In this document: piece after piece, positions 49,664-60,263 of the stretch
Numbering within the stretch: position 1 is the first letter of the stretch
Layout: every line of letters starts with the position of its first letter
IMG/VR virus record: IMGVR_UViG_3300020122_000089
Span: 32,001 to 96,000 of that record
Reading direction: 5' to 3' (one strand)
DNA: 64,000 bases
Origin: a virus
Made by a program: the position numbers and the translations under genes
Notes under the pieces: generated by a model
What the model was told of the DNA's origin: nothing
Databases searched by the model: none
Seen by the model: the letters and a program-made list of their open reading frames with translations, nothing else

Positions 49664-49788
49664 TTGCTCACCATCCTTCTTTCATGAGACTTTGGTGGGT
49701 TTCAGCAGGGGCGGCTAGTTTCGACCGGTCGCCTTGTGCTGTCTCTGGGCTCATTGTAACACCTCGCTCCCGCATTGCAAGCTGAATC

Positions 49789-50001
49789 CTACGGCAATAT
49801 CTCATTGCAGTTCGAAATCGTGATACACCCGCTTGAATCAGCGTACAGGCTGATGTAGACGGTTTGGCCTGCCGAGTTTGTGTAGGACGTTACAACATGT
49901 TCATTTGGCTGATAGCTGCAGTCCGAACAGGTTGAGCTATCACACGCACCGATGAACAGAATTGAGAGAGCGAGTACGAGAATTAAGATTGATCGTTTCA
50001 T
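49789..50001 (-). CDS. Small Cys-rich lipoprotein
   Basis: MKRSILILVLALSILFIGA-C lipobox; TAATG overlap with upstream gene. Confidence 0.55.
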   Translation of the reverse strand: MKRSILILVLALSILFIGACDSSTCSDCSYQPNEHVVTSYTNSAGQTVYISLYADSSGCITISNCNEILP

Positions 50002-50333
50002 TAGTGCCTCCAATTCTTGAACGCTACTCCAATATGAACCCCGCCAACAACGTAACGTAGGATGTTCATTGCTCGCGGATGATTCTTCTGAAAGAACAGC
50101 GTCGTGCCGTAGCCCGCTGCGTTTAATCCGAAGTACAAACCACCATTGACCTGTCCGTTACTGCGGATGAATGGGTTGCCCTCCGTTCGCTTATAGCTTG
50201 AAGCGTAGTCAGCGGACACGCTGCCCCAAAACACAACGCTTGACGATTTGAAATTCCAGTCCCAAGTTGACTTGACGGGCTGTTGAGCAAAACAGGAACA
50301 GCAAAGTACGAGAATTACTAGCATCGTCTTCAT
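50001..50333 (-). CDS. Secreted/membrane protein with D..S..EGNP motif
   Basis: Signal peptide plus hydrophobic helices. Confidence 0.55.
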   Translation of the reverse strand: MKTMLVILVLCCSCFAQQPVKSTWDWNFKSSSVVFWGSVSADYASSYKRTEGNPFIRSNGQVNGGLYFGLNAAGYGTTLFFQKNHPRAMNILRYVVGGVHIGVAFKNWRH

Positions 50334-50341
50334 AAAAATCC

Positions 50342-52831
50342 TTACTTCGCGGGAACAATCGACATTGGCTTAGGCTGTGTCAGTGTCTGAATATCGCGGT
50401 GAAACTGCTCCGTTTCGGCCTGTTGCATCTTTATGGTCTTTAGTTCTCTTAGTTCTTGGACCTCACGGCGGAGCTGTTCAATCTCCATTTGCTGATCTTG
50501 AATCGCACGGATCAACAGCGCTGGCATTTTGATATAATCAACGCTGTGCAGTTCGCCTCTTCGGTCTCGGATCGCAAGCCGCTCGTCAACCCGTGCCACT
50601 TCTTCTGCGATCAATCCAACCTGTCTTGACCCGCCTGTTTTGTAGTTGAACGCGACGGGCCGCAGTCTCATCACTTCATCAAGACCGTTTGTTAAAGGCT
50701 CGATGTGATCTTTGAATTTTAAGGCCGAGACGATACATGCTGCGTTGTCGTTGACTAGCTCGCCATTCGAGGCGACGCACATATAGGTAGTTCCTGAGCC
50801 AGAAGTAGAAAGGCCATCCATCCATACTCTCTTACGGATCGCTGCCCCACCTGCAACTTGTAGGGCTCCGGTTGTTGTGGACGTGGAGTCAGTTGTACTA
50901 GTTACAATAATGTTATTAAGTTTTAGATCGCCAGCAAAGCTACCTTGGGAACCTGTGCCGATTCCAACCAGGCCCGCAGAGATTCGCCCGATTCCAGTAT
51001 CTTGACCTCCAGCAGCCTCCCAACTATTAGTATTCGCCCACACAAGTGACATATTTTGTGCAAGTCCAAACCGATTTCCTCCTGTATATATTTCAAAGAC
51101 TGACCCCGTTCCCTCTACATAAAAGTCAAATACAGTTCCCGTCCGACGATACCAGCCCTGAGTCTCTCCGGCGAACTTGAATCCTTCTACTGCCCCATTA
51201 GCTATAACAAGCTGTCCGGCGATAGAAAGGTTTCCACTTGAATCTAGTGTGGTAGTAGCAGATGGGGTTTGTAGAGTTGTTGTGCCGCCGCCTGTCACAA
51301 GAGCAGTCGAAGTTAAACTACCCGCGCCAACAACCGTAACTGTTCCGCTTCCACCTCCCGCTGCTGCCCACTTCACCCCATTTGTACTTGCTGCATCTGC
51401 GGTCAACACTTGACCATCACTACCCACCGCAAGTTTATTCAGGCTTGCTCCACCCGGAGCGGTCAGCAAGTCACCTTTCGTATAGGCGGTCTGACCTGTC
51501 CCGCCGACCGCCACTGTAACTGTATTCAACGCCGCTGCAAGAATCTTTCCCGCTGCATCGGTGTGGGTAGTAGGGCCAGAGCCGACTTTCAATACTCCCG
51601 CAACAAGTAGATTAGTTGCTCCGGCATCAGATGTAGAGCCTATACTCACGCCACCGCTATCGTTTATCCTCGCCGCTTCCGTCCCTCCATTGTTCCCGAC
51701 CGTGAATTTGATGAGGTCGGTTGTGCCAACACCGGAGGTCGAGCGAATCTCAGCCGAAGCCCCAACTGCTGTGCCGCCTATGACCGATGGGGTGGTGACA
51801 GAACTTGGGGTAATCGCTCCAAGGGTGACGGTCAGGGATGGGGTTGCGCCTCCGCTTGAAATGCCACTGACTCCATTTGCTGTAGTGATTCCGATAGTCT
51901 TAACAAACGTGCTTGAAAGTGAGCCGTCAGCAATTCCACTTACAGTCAACACCCCCGCACTTGACAGCGAGAACGTCGCACCTGATCCGCTCAAGCCCAC
52001 TGGCGCGTAGGCTGTTCCTCCGGCATTACCAGCAAGGATTTGGCCGGCCGATGGCGCGGTGTTGGGAACGATGCTGGCTTTCGTTTGAGCGTCGTTAGTG
52101 ACTGCGCTCAACCCGACATCGGTCTTCGAGGGTGTCGAGTAAACGAACACGCCCGCTCCATCGTTGTGCAACCAACCAGCGCCGTTCGCCAGTGCTGCGA
52201 TAGTCGTGAGGTTTGTGTTAAGTGGCTGTGCATCTGTGATTCCATACCCACTCAGTGTCGTTGGCTTGCTCGCGATATTTGCGAAGATGTAACCGGTGCC
52301 CGCTGCAAGGTTGCCCGATGCAATCGTGCCGAGGATTGGCGCTGTGAACGTCTGTTGTCCACCCCATGAATGCGCCGTCGAAAACACATCCGCGTTGAGC
52401 ATTGCAGAGGTAACTTTAGTCGCGCCTATGGCGGTGGTTTTTCCGCCTGACGTACTAACATCGCCGGTTAAATCGCCTACGGCGGTTGCTTGACTGCCGG
52501 CGCCGAAAACAAGCTGGTTTAACGTAAGGGACGCCGCGGAGGTGACGCAGGTAGCGCAGGCAATGGTTCCTGTAGTTGTAATTACACCGCCGGTTATTGG
52601 AGAGGTGGTTGAAATGCTGGTTACAGTTCCCGACCCACCGCCACCTGCCACGGTGACCACACCACCTGTAATGGTGAGTGATCCGTCTGCGAATACAAGA
52701 TTGGTGGCGTTTGTTCTTCCAACCCCTGTAGTTGCTTCGCGTATTGTCAGCGGTGGATGGCTTTGCGCCTTTACCGTCCTACTACAAGCTATTGTAAGCA
52801 TGAAGGCGAGAATGAAAAGGATTTTTTTCAT
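50342..52831 (-). CDS. Tail-fibre-like protein with C-terminal peptidase S74 chaperone and N-terminal signal peptide
   Basis: G/T/A-rich repeats (GTVTSI, KPTTLSGYGITDA, GGTGQT, GSDGQVLTAD); SALKFKDHI..LRPVAFNY..GLIAEEV..VDY..LIRAIQ. Confidence 0.85.
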   Translation of the reverse strand: MKKILFILAFMLTIACSRTVKAQSHPPLTIREATTGVGRTNATNLVFADGSLTITGGVVTVAGGGGSGTVTSISTTSPITGGVITTTGTIACATCVTSAASLTLNQLVFGAGSQATAVGDLTGDVSTSGGKTTAIGATKVTSAMLNADVFSTAHSWGGQQTFTAPILGTIASGNLAAGTGYIFANIASKPTTLSGYGITDAQPLNTNLTTIAALANGAGWLHNDGAGVFVYSTPSKTDVGLSAVTNDAQTKASIVPNTAPSAGQILAGNAGGTAYAPVGLSGSGATFSLSSAGVLTVSGIADGSLSSTFVKTIGITTANGVSGISSGGATPSLTVTLGAITPSSVTTPSVIGGTAVGASAEIRSTSGVGTTDLIKFTVGNNGGTEAARINDSGGVSIGSTSDAGATNLLVAGVLKVGSGPTTHTDAAGKILAAALNTVTVAVGGTGQTAYTKGDLLTAPGGASLNKLAVGSDGQVLTADAASTNGVKWAAAGGGSGTVTVVGAGSLTSTALVTGGGTTTLQTPSATTTLDSSGNLSIAGQLVIANGAVEGFKFAGETQGWYRRTGTVFDFYVEGTGSVFEIYTGGNRFGLAQNMSLVWANTNSWEAAGGQDTGIGRISAGLVGIGTGSQGSFAGDLKLNNIIVTSTTDSTSTTTGALQVAGGAAIRKRVWMDGLSTSGSGTTYMCVASNGELVNDNAACIVSALKFKDHIEPLTNGLDEVMRLRPVAFNYKTGGSRQVGLIAEEVARVDERLAIRDRRGELHSVDYIKMPALLIRAIQDQQMEIEQLRREVQELRELKTIKMQQAETEQFHRDIQTLTQPKPMSIVPAK

Positions 52832-52858
52832 TTCTTTTTCTTCCGGAAGAAACTCAGG

Positions 52859-53344
52859 CTACTGGCCAAACATTCTCTTGATACGCACAGTCACCAATGG
52901 CGAGCCACCGCCACTAAATGTCGTGGTTACGCGAGCACGGATGTATCCTAACGGGCCGGGATATGTAAAGAATTGCTTTGAAGGGGCAGTGGCGAAACTC
53001 GTTCCTACGGTTTCTTTATCAAGCTGCGCCCAAGTACCAGAATATCCACTCACAGCAGAATGCTCTAAAACAACAACACCGGCAGTTGTGCCGGTTGAGA
53101 TTTCATATTCTACTGCTACTTGAGTACCGCCACCTAATTGGACTTCAGTACCGGTTCCTATAGCGGCGCTGAGTTCGGTGATCCACTGTGAATCTACGTT
53201 AGCGGCAGGTGGGTTGGAAATAGAAATAGCCGGAGGGTTAGCGCTGCCGTAGCTGGGGCGCGTAATTGTAAAATCGCCTATACCCCATCCCGCAAGAAAC
53301 GCTAGGATGCTAATAGTTATTACCCTTACTAATGTTTTCGCCAT
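52859..53344 (-). CDS. Beta-sandwich protein with N-terminal TM/signal
   Basis: 161 aa; hydrophobic N-terminus, YIRARVTT near the C-terminus. Confidence 0.55.
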   Translation of the reverse strand: MAKTLVRVITISILAFLAGWGIGDFTITRPSYGSANPPAISISNPPAANVDSQWITELSAAIGTGTEVQLGGGTQVAVEYEISTGTTAGVVVLEHSAVSGYSGTWAQLDKETVGTSFATAPSKQFFTYPGPLGYIRARVTTTFSGGGSPLVTVRIKRMFGQ

Positions 53345-53754
53345 TACTTATTCCCTCCTTGCGCCGCCTCTTGAGGCGTCTTTGCTCTGTAAGCACCTTT
53401 TGTCCAATCGAACACAAAATCCTTTGGCACGTTAGATAAGTATCTTGTATTTGTTTCAGTAGCAATCCAAGCATTTTGCTTTGCGGCGGCGTTTGTTTCA
53501 AATGTTCTTACAACACGCACGTCGCAATCTTCTTTGCCGGTAAATAAGCGTTTTGCTTCATTCAACGCTTCGCTTGAAGCTATTGCATCAGAGTAAATCT
53601 GACGCATTTGCTGAAGCGTGTTTGGGTCTACCGAGATGTCGCTAGTTGGTGGTTTTGCTTTGTCGTCGGCGTGTATTGCATCGTACATGCATAAACAACA
53701 GAATAGTATCATTACTCCAATTATCATGCTTAGTGCGCTTTGTGTTATTTTCAT
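53344..53754 (-). CDS. Hypothetical protein with signal peptide
   Basis: 136 aa, overlapping start/stop with both neighbours. Confidence 0.55.
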   Translation of the reverse strand: MKITQSALSMIIGVMILFCCLCMYDAIHADDKAKPPTSDISVDPNTLQQMRQIYSDAIASSEALNEAKRLFTGKEDCDVRVVRTFETNAAAKQNAWIATETNTRYLSNVPKDFVFDWTKGAYRAKTPQEAAQGGNK

Positions 53755-54221
53755 ACCCTCACCTGTCCTAATCCTAACCTTTCTCTTACGCCGCGGTGGG
53801 CGGCCGGATCACGGGTGTCGTTGCTTACATTGTTCGCTGGGATTGCCACGTTGAGATTTGATATCAAAGCGAACCCCTGCCCTGATTCGCATTTGACACG
53901 TATTTCATCTTGAGGAATTGAATTTGTAACAATAATCTCGGATACGCGGTCTAGTGGGTTGACTATAAAGCTATTTTTTGTGTCTAGCTGCTCTCTTGTG
54001 AACTTCATTAGTTGACATCTCAGTATCGCGTCTCTGTGTGGTGTTAAAATCAGCACCAGCCTTTCATCGCCTACTATCGCTTGCATTTCGTTGATTACGC
54101 GATGAAGAAGGTATAGTGTAATTTCAGCGAAGCAAGCATCCATCTTATAAAGGGTAAGAATCTCTGCGGCCGACCCAATAGGATATTCCAGTCTGTCGTA
54201 CTGTTGTTTTGTTGCTGACAT
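53751..54221 (-). CDS. Hypothetical protein
   Basis: 156 aa; palindrome just upstream of ATG. Confidence 0.55.
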   Translation of the reverse strand: MSATKQQYDRLEYPIGSAAEILTLYKMDACFAEITLYLLHRVINEMQAIVGDERLVLILTPHRDAILRCQLMKFTREQLDTKNSFIVNPLDRVSEIIVTNSIPQDEIRVKCESGQGFALISNLNVAIPANNVSNDTRDPAAHRGVRERLGLGQVRV

Positions 54222-54242
54222 ATTCTTCCGGAAGAATTAAAA

Positions 54243-56999
54243 TTACATTGCGGCCCGTTGAGGAATCCCCGGTAAAGGTGGTACCTGAGGATATCCAGAA
54301 GCCAATGCGTTGTGCATACCCGCTTGCGACTGGCCTGGATGTTCGAGTGTTGGAGGTTTTAACGCCGCGTCAATTGCGCCTTTAGTGATTGTCTCGGCTA
54401 ATCGGTGTTTGTGTTGCTGCGCTTCTCTATCTTTGTCTAACAGGTGCTCAAATGCGCTGTCTCGCATTGTATTGTCTACAGGAGGTGGCTGTATGTTCAC
54501 GGCCGGAGCGGGTGTAGCCATTGCTTTTGCATGATCGGCGAGACCTTTAGCGCCAATCTCGTTTAAGCGTCCTTCCTGTCTGGTTTTTTCAAGGGCTATA
54601 TCGCCTTGAGTCTTACTACTAGCCTTCACACCCTCCATCGCTTGAGCTAGTTGTATCTGATGCTGTTCGTCTTGTTGCTGCTGCTGTTGTACGATTTGAC
54701 GATATTGCATCCACTGACTTCTAATTGCCGAGACGGCGATTGGGTCGGCCGCTTTAGATTCATCCCCTCGCAGCCACGCTTTCATCTCGGTTTCATAAGA
54801 TTGTGCGTCGTCGAGGTCTGAATCTACAGGGTGCATGCTTGATAGGATCTGCCCTGCGAGTTGTGCAATGTTGTTTTCGTCTGTTATCCCCATCGTAGAC
54901 CGTTGTAGATGCCATTCTGCTATCTGTTTTGCTTCACCTACCGAGGTACATAATTGCTCTATGCGGATTTTAGCATTGCGACTTTCAATACTAAAATCAC
55001 CCATTGGCATATCCCCTAGCCCATAAAGGGTGGCAATAAATTGTTTCGCTTCTGGCGGTGTCTGCGGATTTACAAATAACTGCCCAAACACAGACCACAT
55101 ATTCTGTAATGCAGCTTGCTTTTCTTCGCGAGGATGCGGTATCCAACTCCCAGGGCGTGGGTAGACATGAAAATCGCCCTCCATGTCGGCGCCGTTTAGA
55201 GATACCCATTCGGCGGTGCCGGTGTCGCCCCTGAGCGGCACCGGAACGTCCTCGGTAACATTCTCGCGAAACATTTCTATCCACTGCTCTACCGCACGAG
55301 CCTGTCCAAAAGCGAGTGGCATGAGTTTTGGCCCTTGCAAGCCCATCGCTTTAGCATTCATTATCATCATGCCACGGGCGGTGTCAGTGCCACCCATTTC
55401 CATCGCGTTTGGATCGCCCGTTGTATTTGGGCTTACTACTTGGGCCATTACTTGCATTTCGCCCGACATCGTGTTTGGGTATGCTGCAAGGCCCGGGTCG
55501 GACGGGGGATATTGCCCTTGATAAATTAGCTCTTGAACAGGAGGTGCGCCAAATGGAAGTTCTGTTATACCTGCTGGGCTTCCATCGTAATCAGCGGCAG
55601 ATAGTGGGGCTTTTATAATAGTTGGCATTCCGCCAGCGCGCGCCATATAATAAAGATATTGAAGACTGCGAGCTTTTATCATCTCCATTTGTGGCTCGCA
55701 CATGTCTGATAGCGTGGTCCTTCCGTCTGTTTTGTGCGGAACATAAACGTAAGGAACGTAAACCCAATGCCTCCGGAAGTCTTCTTCGTAATGATCTACC
55801 CAATCCGACCCTAGTCGAGTCATGCGAAGGCCTTTTGGGAATACCTCACCAAGCCTAGTATAGGCAGGGACCGTGGTTTCTTCTTGCCCTACAAATACTA
55901 TATCTTGATTAAATTCTATGTGCGAGTATTTTGAAGGGCGGAACCACCAGTCTTCTGCTACTGTACGATCACCTGTAGCATCCGCCGAGCCTGCCGCCAC
56001 TAAACTGGCTGGCGTCATTCCGGTAGGGCGTCGGGCTAATTCTTCCGATCTTATTCCGGCATCGTCCATGCCGGCGCCTTTTTTAGAAGAGCCAGGCTCC
56101 CACCAGGGCATTATTTCAGCCGCCGCATCACTGTCCACTAACCTCTTCCAACGAAGCCATTCACCACTCATGTAATGAGCGGCGGTGCGGTCGCCTTTCA
56201 TTTGTAGCGGGCTTACGCATCTAAGGGAGGGAAATCCTGCGTCCTGTTTTTCATATCCAATTATTTCTTGAATAGAAGTTTCTGGGCCATGAAAGAATTG
56301 CTGACGTTGACTTCCGCAGTCGGGGCATTTCCTGCCGTAGCCGGTATCTATTAACCTAGCAAGAGGGCCCATGCCGCCACACTCGCACATAAAAGAGGTC
56401 TGAGCGGACGTTTGTTTCCACGATTCTTCGTAGATTGGGTGTTCAATCCAAAGCCTACCGGCATCGTAAGACCATTGTGAGTACCACCAAACACCACTGT
56501 AAAGCTGACGTGTTTTTTCTGACTCGAGGCGAAATTCCTCCGTCAGCAGTTCTTGTTCATTGTAATCGGCTAGTCTTTGTGCTGCCGACGCAGATTCAGC
56601 GGTTTTAGAATCTCTTCCTGCGGGGTCTATGATAATGTCGGGGGTTGCTTCTAATGCTGCTGCTACTGATAGGTCGGTGAAGTAGGCGTACCAATTGTGA
56701 GGGTAAAATGGGTCTTCTGATGAATGCGGTAAATCTCTGACAGAATCATCGTACTCAGAGAACCGCCAAAAGTATTCGCCTTCGTAATACTTTTGGTTCC
56801 TAACACCCTCTCTATATTTAATTCTGTCAAAGCTCTTTTCAGTGTCTTCTAGTTTTGAAGCTAGAGAATCAAAATACTTGTCCCAATCGTCTTCTATCAC
56901 CCTAGGATCGCGGCGCTGCGCACGTTCGCGGGATTGAGGCGTAGCGCCACTTCCTGGCGGGCGATTCGGGCGGGAAATGTCTAAGACGGAGGTTGACAT
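54243..56999 (-). CDS. Portal protein (P22-like size), with Zn-ribbon insertion
   Basis: 918 aa; NQKYYEG near the N-terminus, DMCEPQ..S helix, GTDTARG..I motif, Q-rich C-terminal coiled coil; CEC..CPDCGS insert; upstream of scaffold and capsid. Confidence 0.75.
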   Translation of the reverse strand: MSTSVLDISRPNRPPGSGATPQSRERAQRRDPRVIEDDWDKYFDSLASKLEDTEKSFDRIKYREGVRNQKYYEGEYFWRFSEYDDSVRDLPHSSEDPFYPHNWYAYFTDLSVAAALEATPDIIIDPAGRDSKTAESASAAQRLADYNEQELLTEEFRLESEKTRQLYSGVWWYSQWSYDAGRLWIEHPIYEESWKQTSAQTSFMCECGGMGPLARLIDTGYGRKCPDCGSQRQQFFHGPETSIQEIIGYEKQDAGFPSLRCVSPLQMKGDRTAAHYMSGEWLRWKRLVDSDAAAEIMPWWEPGSSKKGAGMDDAGIRSEELARRPTGMTPASLVAAGSADATGDRTVAEDWWFRPSKYSHIEFNQDIVFVGQEETTVPAYTRLGEVFPKGLRMTRLGSDWVDHYEEDFRRHWVYVPYVYVPHKTDGRTTLSDMCEPQMEMIKARSLQYLYYMARAGGMPTIIKAPLSAADYDGSPAGITELPFGAPPVQELIYQGQYPPSDPGLAAYPNTMSGEMQVMAQVVSPNTTGDPNAMEMGGTDTARGMMIMNAKAMGLQGPKLMPLAFGQARAVEQWIEMFRENVTEDVPVPLRGDTGTAEWVSLNGADMEGDFHVYPRPGSWIPHPREEKQAALQNMWSVFGQLFVNPQTPPEAKQFIATLYGLGDMPMGDFSIESRNAKIRIEQLCTSVGEAKQIAEWHLQRSTMGITDENNIAQLAGQILSSMHPVDSDLDDAQSYETEMKAWLRGDESKAADPIAVSAIRSQWMQYRQIVQQQQQQDEQHQIQLAQAMEGVKASSKTQGDIALEKTRQEGRLNEIGAKGLADHAKAMATPAPAVNIQPPPVDNTMRDSAFEHLLDKDREAQQHKHRLAETITKGAIDAALKPPTLEHPGQSQAGMHNALASGYPQVPPLPGIPQRAAM

Positions 57000-57207
57000 T
57001 TTATAGATGTGGTGCTTCCGGAAGAAATCTAAACGGAGTGTCTATCGGCCTGGTCATCGGGTAGATTTTCATTTCAATAGCGCACTCCGCCGGTGCTTCA
57101 TCTTGCGTTAGTCCGCACCAATAACAACGCTGGCCTATCTTGCATACCGTCGCTTCTGGCGTGACAATATGTTCAACGCAATCTGTAAACCAACAGTGTT
57201 GCATCGA

Positions 57208-57510
57208 TTACAATTCAATGCGCTGCAATAGATCGCGCTGCATTTGAACCAATTGGCCTAGCATGTTCGATTTATCGTTGAGCGTGTCGGCAATAGCGAC
57301 TAGCACCTCCGCAGGTCTGGCTTTTTCGTTTGAAAGTGTCGGCGTTGGAGGTCTGGTAACGGCGGTCAACCGCCCTTCTATTTGATGCTGGAGGTTTAAT
57401 GCCTCTTCTACAAGAGCGCAAACACGGTCAAGGTGAACACTCGCCTGTCCGCGGTCTCTTTCTTGTGCGTGCCCTGCCGTTGTGTTCGCGTATTTTGCGT
57501 CTTCGTACAT
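57208..57510 (-). CDS. Hypothetical coiled-coil protein
   Basis: 100 aa, AGGAG RBS. Confidence 0.55.
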   Translation of the reverse strand: MYEDAKYANTTAGHAQERDRGQASVHLDRVCALVEEALNLQHQIEGRLTAVTRPPTPTLSNEKARPAEVLVAIADTLNDKSNMLGQLVQMQRDLLQRIEL

Positions 57511-57513
57511 CTG

Positions 57514-57978
57514 TCATTCTCCTTTTGGTATTGAATTATCCCAACCATCCTCAATAGCCGCTTCTCGTATCACTGAAAATGCTACGTTACGACAAAGTGC
57601 ATCGAGGTCAATAAAGTCGTAGTCTGGTTTTGGCGTATCGTATCGAGAAACAAATACCATTGTATGATTGCCAATCTTTGGGCAGTTCCAGTCCATTATA
57701 ACCGAGATACCTTCAATCGCAGCGCGTAACTGATTACGTAATACCCGTCCGTCGGTTTGTAACATTTCATTCGCATCGAATGAAGGTCTTAATTCGTCGC
57801 GTAATAGGATAATCGCTTCGCTTAGATTGTCTGGTACGGTGTATGGGCTTTGTCTGATAGCACAAGCGGCAAAATACCCTAACACCATTTTCAATGTAAC
57901 CCAGGCCGGCCTTTCTGTCTCGGCGAGGGCTCGGTTAGTTAGTTCGGCGTATTGATCTTCTTTGTATGCAACGGACAT
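57514..57978 (-). CDS. Hypothetical protein
   Basis: 154 aa ORF in operon. Confidence 0.55.
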   Translation of the reverse strand: MSVAYKEDQYAELTNRALAETERPAWVTLKMVLGYFAACAIRQSPYTVPDNLSEAIILLRDELRPSFDANEMLQTDGRVLRNQLRAAIEGISVIMDWNCPKIGNHTMVFVSRYDTPKPDYDFIDLDALCRNVAFSVIREAAIEDGWDNSIPKGE

Positions 57979-58186
57979 GGCGTTTTTCTTTCCTCAATCT
58001 TTTTTCTCTATTTACACGGATCCGTCCAATGCCAGGATCGGTGCGCGGCGTGCCTGTTAGGGACGCTAGATCGTCAAGCATGGCGTCTAATTGCAGTATA
58101 CGTCCTTCGATAGCGTCTTGCCTAGACACCTGTACGGCCAGCTCCTCTTCGGCGGCGGTCAATGCGTCTTCGTATACCTTACTCAC

Positions 58187-58777
58187 TCACATAACCTCAA
58201 CGCCCATTCCTATATCCAAACTCCGCTCAAGTTCAGCGTCTTTTGCTAATAGGGCGTTAAATCTCTTGAGAACTTCTTTGTCTTTTTGCCTTGGGGAAGC
58301 GGCTAGGTCGTCAATACGTTCGAGGACGTCTTTATCGCCTCGCTGCATTGCTTCAAGTAGCCTGTCGGCTTCGGTGTCGAGTTCTATTGAACGGGCGCTG
58401 ACGATGCGGTTCACCTGAGTCGCGCTACCTGGTGCCGATCTTTGAGTTGTAGGGACTGGCGTCCCCGACGCAGGAAGCATCCCTTGCCTTAGTAGTACAG
58501 AATCAGAAAGCGATCCGTATCTGTCACGCCACCAATTCAACTCTTCGTTTTGCCTCTGTAAGAGTTGATCCTTTTCCGCGATCCTTGTCTCTAAATCACG
58601 GGTGTTGCCAACAAGTAATCCTAAAAGGCGAGAGGTTGATTGACGTGCGACCCAAGCGGCAAATATGTGCAGTGGTGACTTGGTGCGCGTTTCTTGCCTC
58701 TCGCCTTCTTGTGGCCGCTGAAGCTCTGGACCCGTGATTGCGCCCTCAGCGGATTCTTTGCTGTTGGTTTCTTCCAT
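58187..58777 (-). CDS. Hypothetical coiled-coil protein
   Basis: 196 aa; palindrome upstream of ATG. Confidence 0.55.
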   Translation of the reverse strand: MEETNSKESAEGAITGPELQRPQEGERQETRTKSPLHIFAAWVARQSTSRLLGLLVGNTRDLETRIAEKDQLLQRQNEELNWWRDRYGSLSDSVLLRQGMLPASGTPVPTTQRSAPGSATQVNRIVSARSIELDTEADRLLEAMQRGDKDVLERIDDLAASPRQKDKEVLKRFNALLAKDAELERSLDIGMGVEVM

Positions 58778-58815
58778 TTCGATTCTTCCGGAAGAATAAC
58801 CTTCCTGTTGGCCGT

Positions 58816-59157
58816 CTACGCTGTCTGCGTATTCATTTCAGTGGCGGTAAGGGCAGCGCCAGTGCCAGCGCCAGTATCGAAGGTTAATAGGAACGTTCTT
58901 AGCCCTGACACGCTTCCGGCGGCTGCTACACCTGCGTCAGTGATAGCGCCAATCGCTTGCAAGCGGTCAATGCGCTTCTGATACATTTCATAGAAGCGAC
59001 GGGATGTTTCGTAACCGCTGAAAGTAATAGCGCGCAGACCGGCAACGGTTGTAAGCGCTGCAACTACGGCGTCAGTCAATGTACCAAGCGCGACCTGTAG
59101 GTTCACGGCATGCAAACCGTGCCGTAGAAATCCTTGCTGTACTTCATAAATTGCCAT
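58816..59157 (-). CDS. Hypothetical, possibly structural protein
   Basis: 113 aa A/T/G-rich, AGGAGG RBS. Confidence 0.55.
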   Translation of the reverse strand: MAIYEVQQGFLRHGLHAVNLQVALGTLTDAVVAALTTVAGLRAITFSGYETSRRFYEMYQKRIDRLQAIGAITDAGVAAAGSVSGLRTFLLTFDTGAGTGAALTATEMNTQTA

Positions 59158-59363
59158 GATTGATTCCTCCTGCCACCTTTTCGGCGGCGGTTATTGAAGC
59201 TGCCGCCTGAACGGCATCTATGATTGCTTTACCTGCGAGTTCGCCGGCTAGAAGTTTACTAATTATTAAAGCACCGGCTTCGTCGTAGGTGTTTACTGTC
59301 ACCTGCTGCGGGTTTTGTTCGATTAAGATTTGATGGGTAAGCATGAATTATCTTCCGGAAGAA

Positions 59364-60254
59364 TTAACCCGCCAATTCTTCTTGCTGTTCGCGGATTTGT
59401 TGAGTACGCGCTGAGATATGCGCATATGACGGCGCCGGCTTTGCGTTGTCGTGTAATGCTTTTGCCGTCTTTTCACCCATGCACTGCCCGCATACAGCGT
59501 AAGGACTGCGACCCATTGGCCCGTGACATTTCGAGCATTCTTTTTGTTGTTCTTTTACTCGCTCGCGGTAGGATTTTAGTTCGTCATGCTTTTGACGTCC
59601 TTGCTCGGCTTTCTGTTGAACTATTTTTTTAATTTGTTCAATGCGAGGCTTTGCGGCTTCAACTTCTGCATCGGCAAGGATGACCGATTCTTTGTTCTTA
59701 GTGTCAGGGAAATTCTTAGAACGGATAACCTCAATCTGCTTGTCGGCGTCTTTTAGCGATTTGTCTATGCTGATTGAATCATCGGGCGGCGTTGCTTGTT
59801 TCAAGTCGGCGCGACGACAAAGGCCGCGATGCTTTTTCTTGCCACACTTGTTGCAAATTCTTGGCTCATCATCACGTATTACGCTCGCGCGGCATTTTGA
59901 GTTCTTGCATCTATAGCGCCCGCCTTCTTCGATGCGCATTTCACTTTGACACTTAGGACGTATCTTCGATGCAACGGATTCAGGATCGGCTTTCTCTAAG
60001 AATTTCTCGAACGTGTTGTGCGCTACCTGTATAGCGTTGAAGGGGTTTGATTGTTTCGACTTCACGGTTGGCGTTTGCCGCGAAGCGTTGTTTTCTACGT
60101 CAACGGCAATCAAATGCTCTAGGGCTTCAATACCCCTCCGTAGCGCTTCATCTTCGGCGGAAAGCGAGCGTATTTCGGCTTCTACGTCAGCTAGAGTGGC
60201 GCGCATTTCATCAAGGGTATCTTGAAAGCGGTGTTTTTGCGCTGTGGCTTTCAT
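59364..60254 (-). CDS. Hypothetical protein, coiled coil plus Cys clusters
   Basis: 296 aa; several CxxC pairs. Confidence 0.6.
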   Translation of the reverse strand: MKATAQKHRFQDTLDEMRATLADVEAEIRSLSAEDEALRRGIEALEHLIAVDVENNASRQTPTVKSKQSNPFNAIQVAHNTFEKFLEKADPESVASKIRPKCQSEMRIEEGGRYRCKNSKCRASVIRDDEPRICNKCGKKKHRGLCRRADLKQATPPDDSISIDKSLKDADKQIEVIRSKNFPDTKNKESVILADAEVEAAKPRIEQIKKIVQQKAEQGRQKHDELKSYRERVKEQQKECSKCHGPMGRSPYAVCGQCMGEKTAKALHDNAKPAPSYAHISARTQQIREQQEELAG

Positions 60255-60263
60255 GCTAAATCT

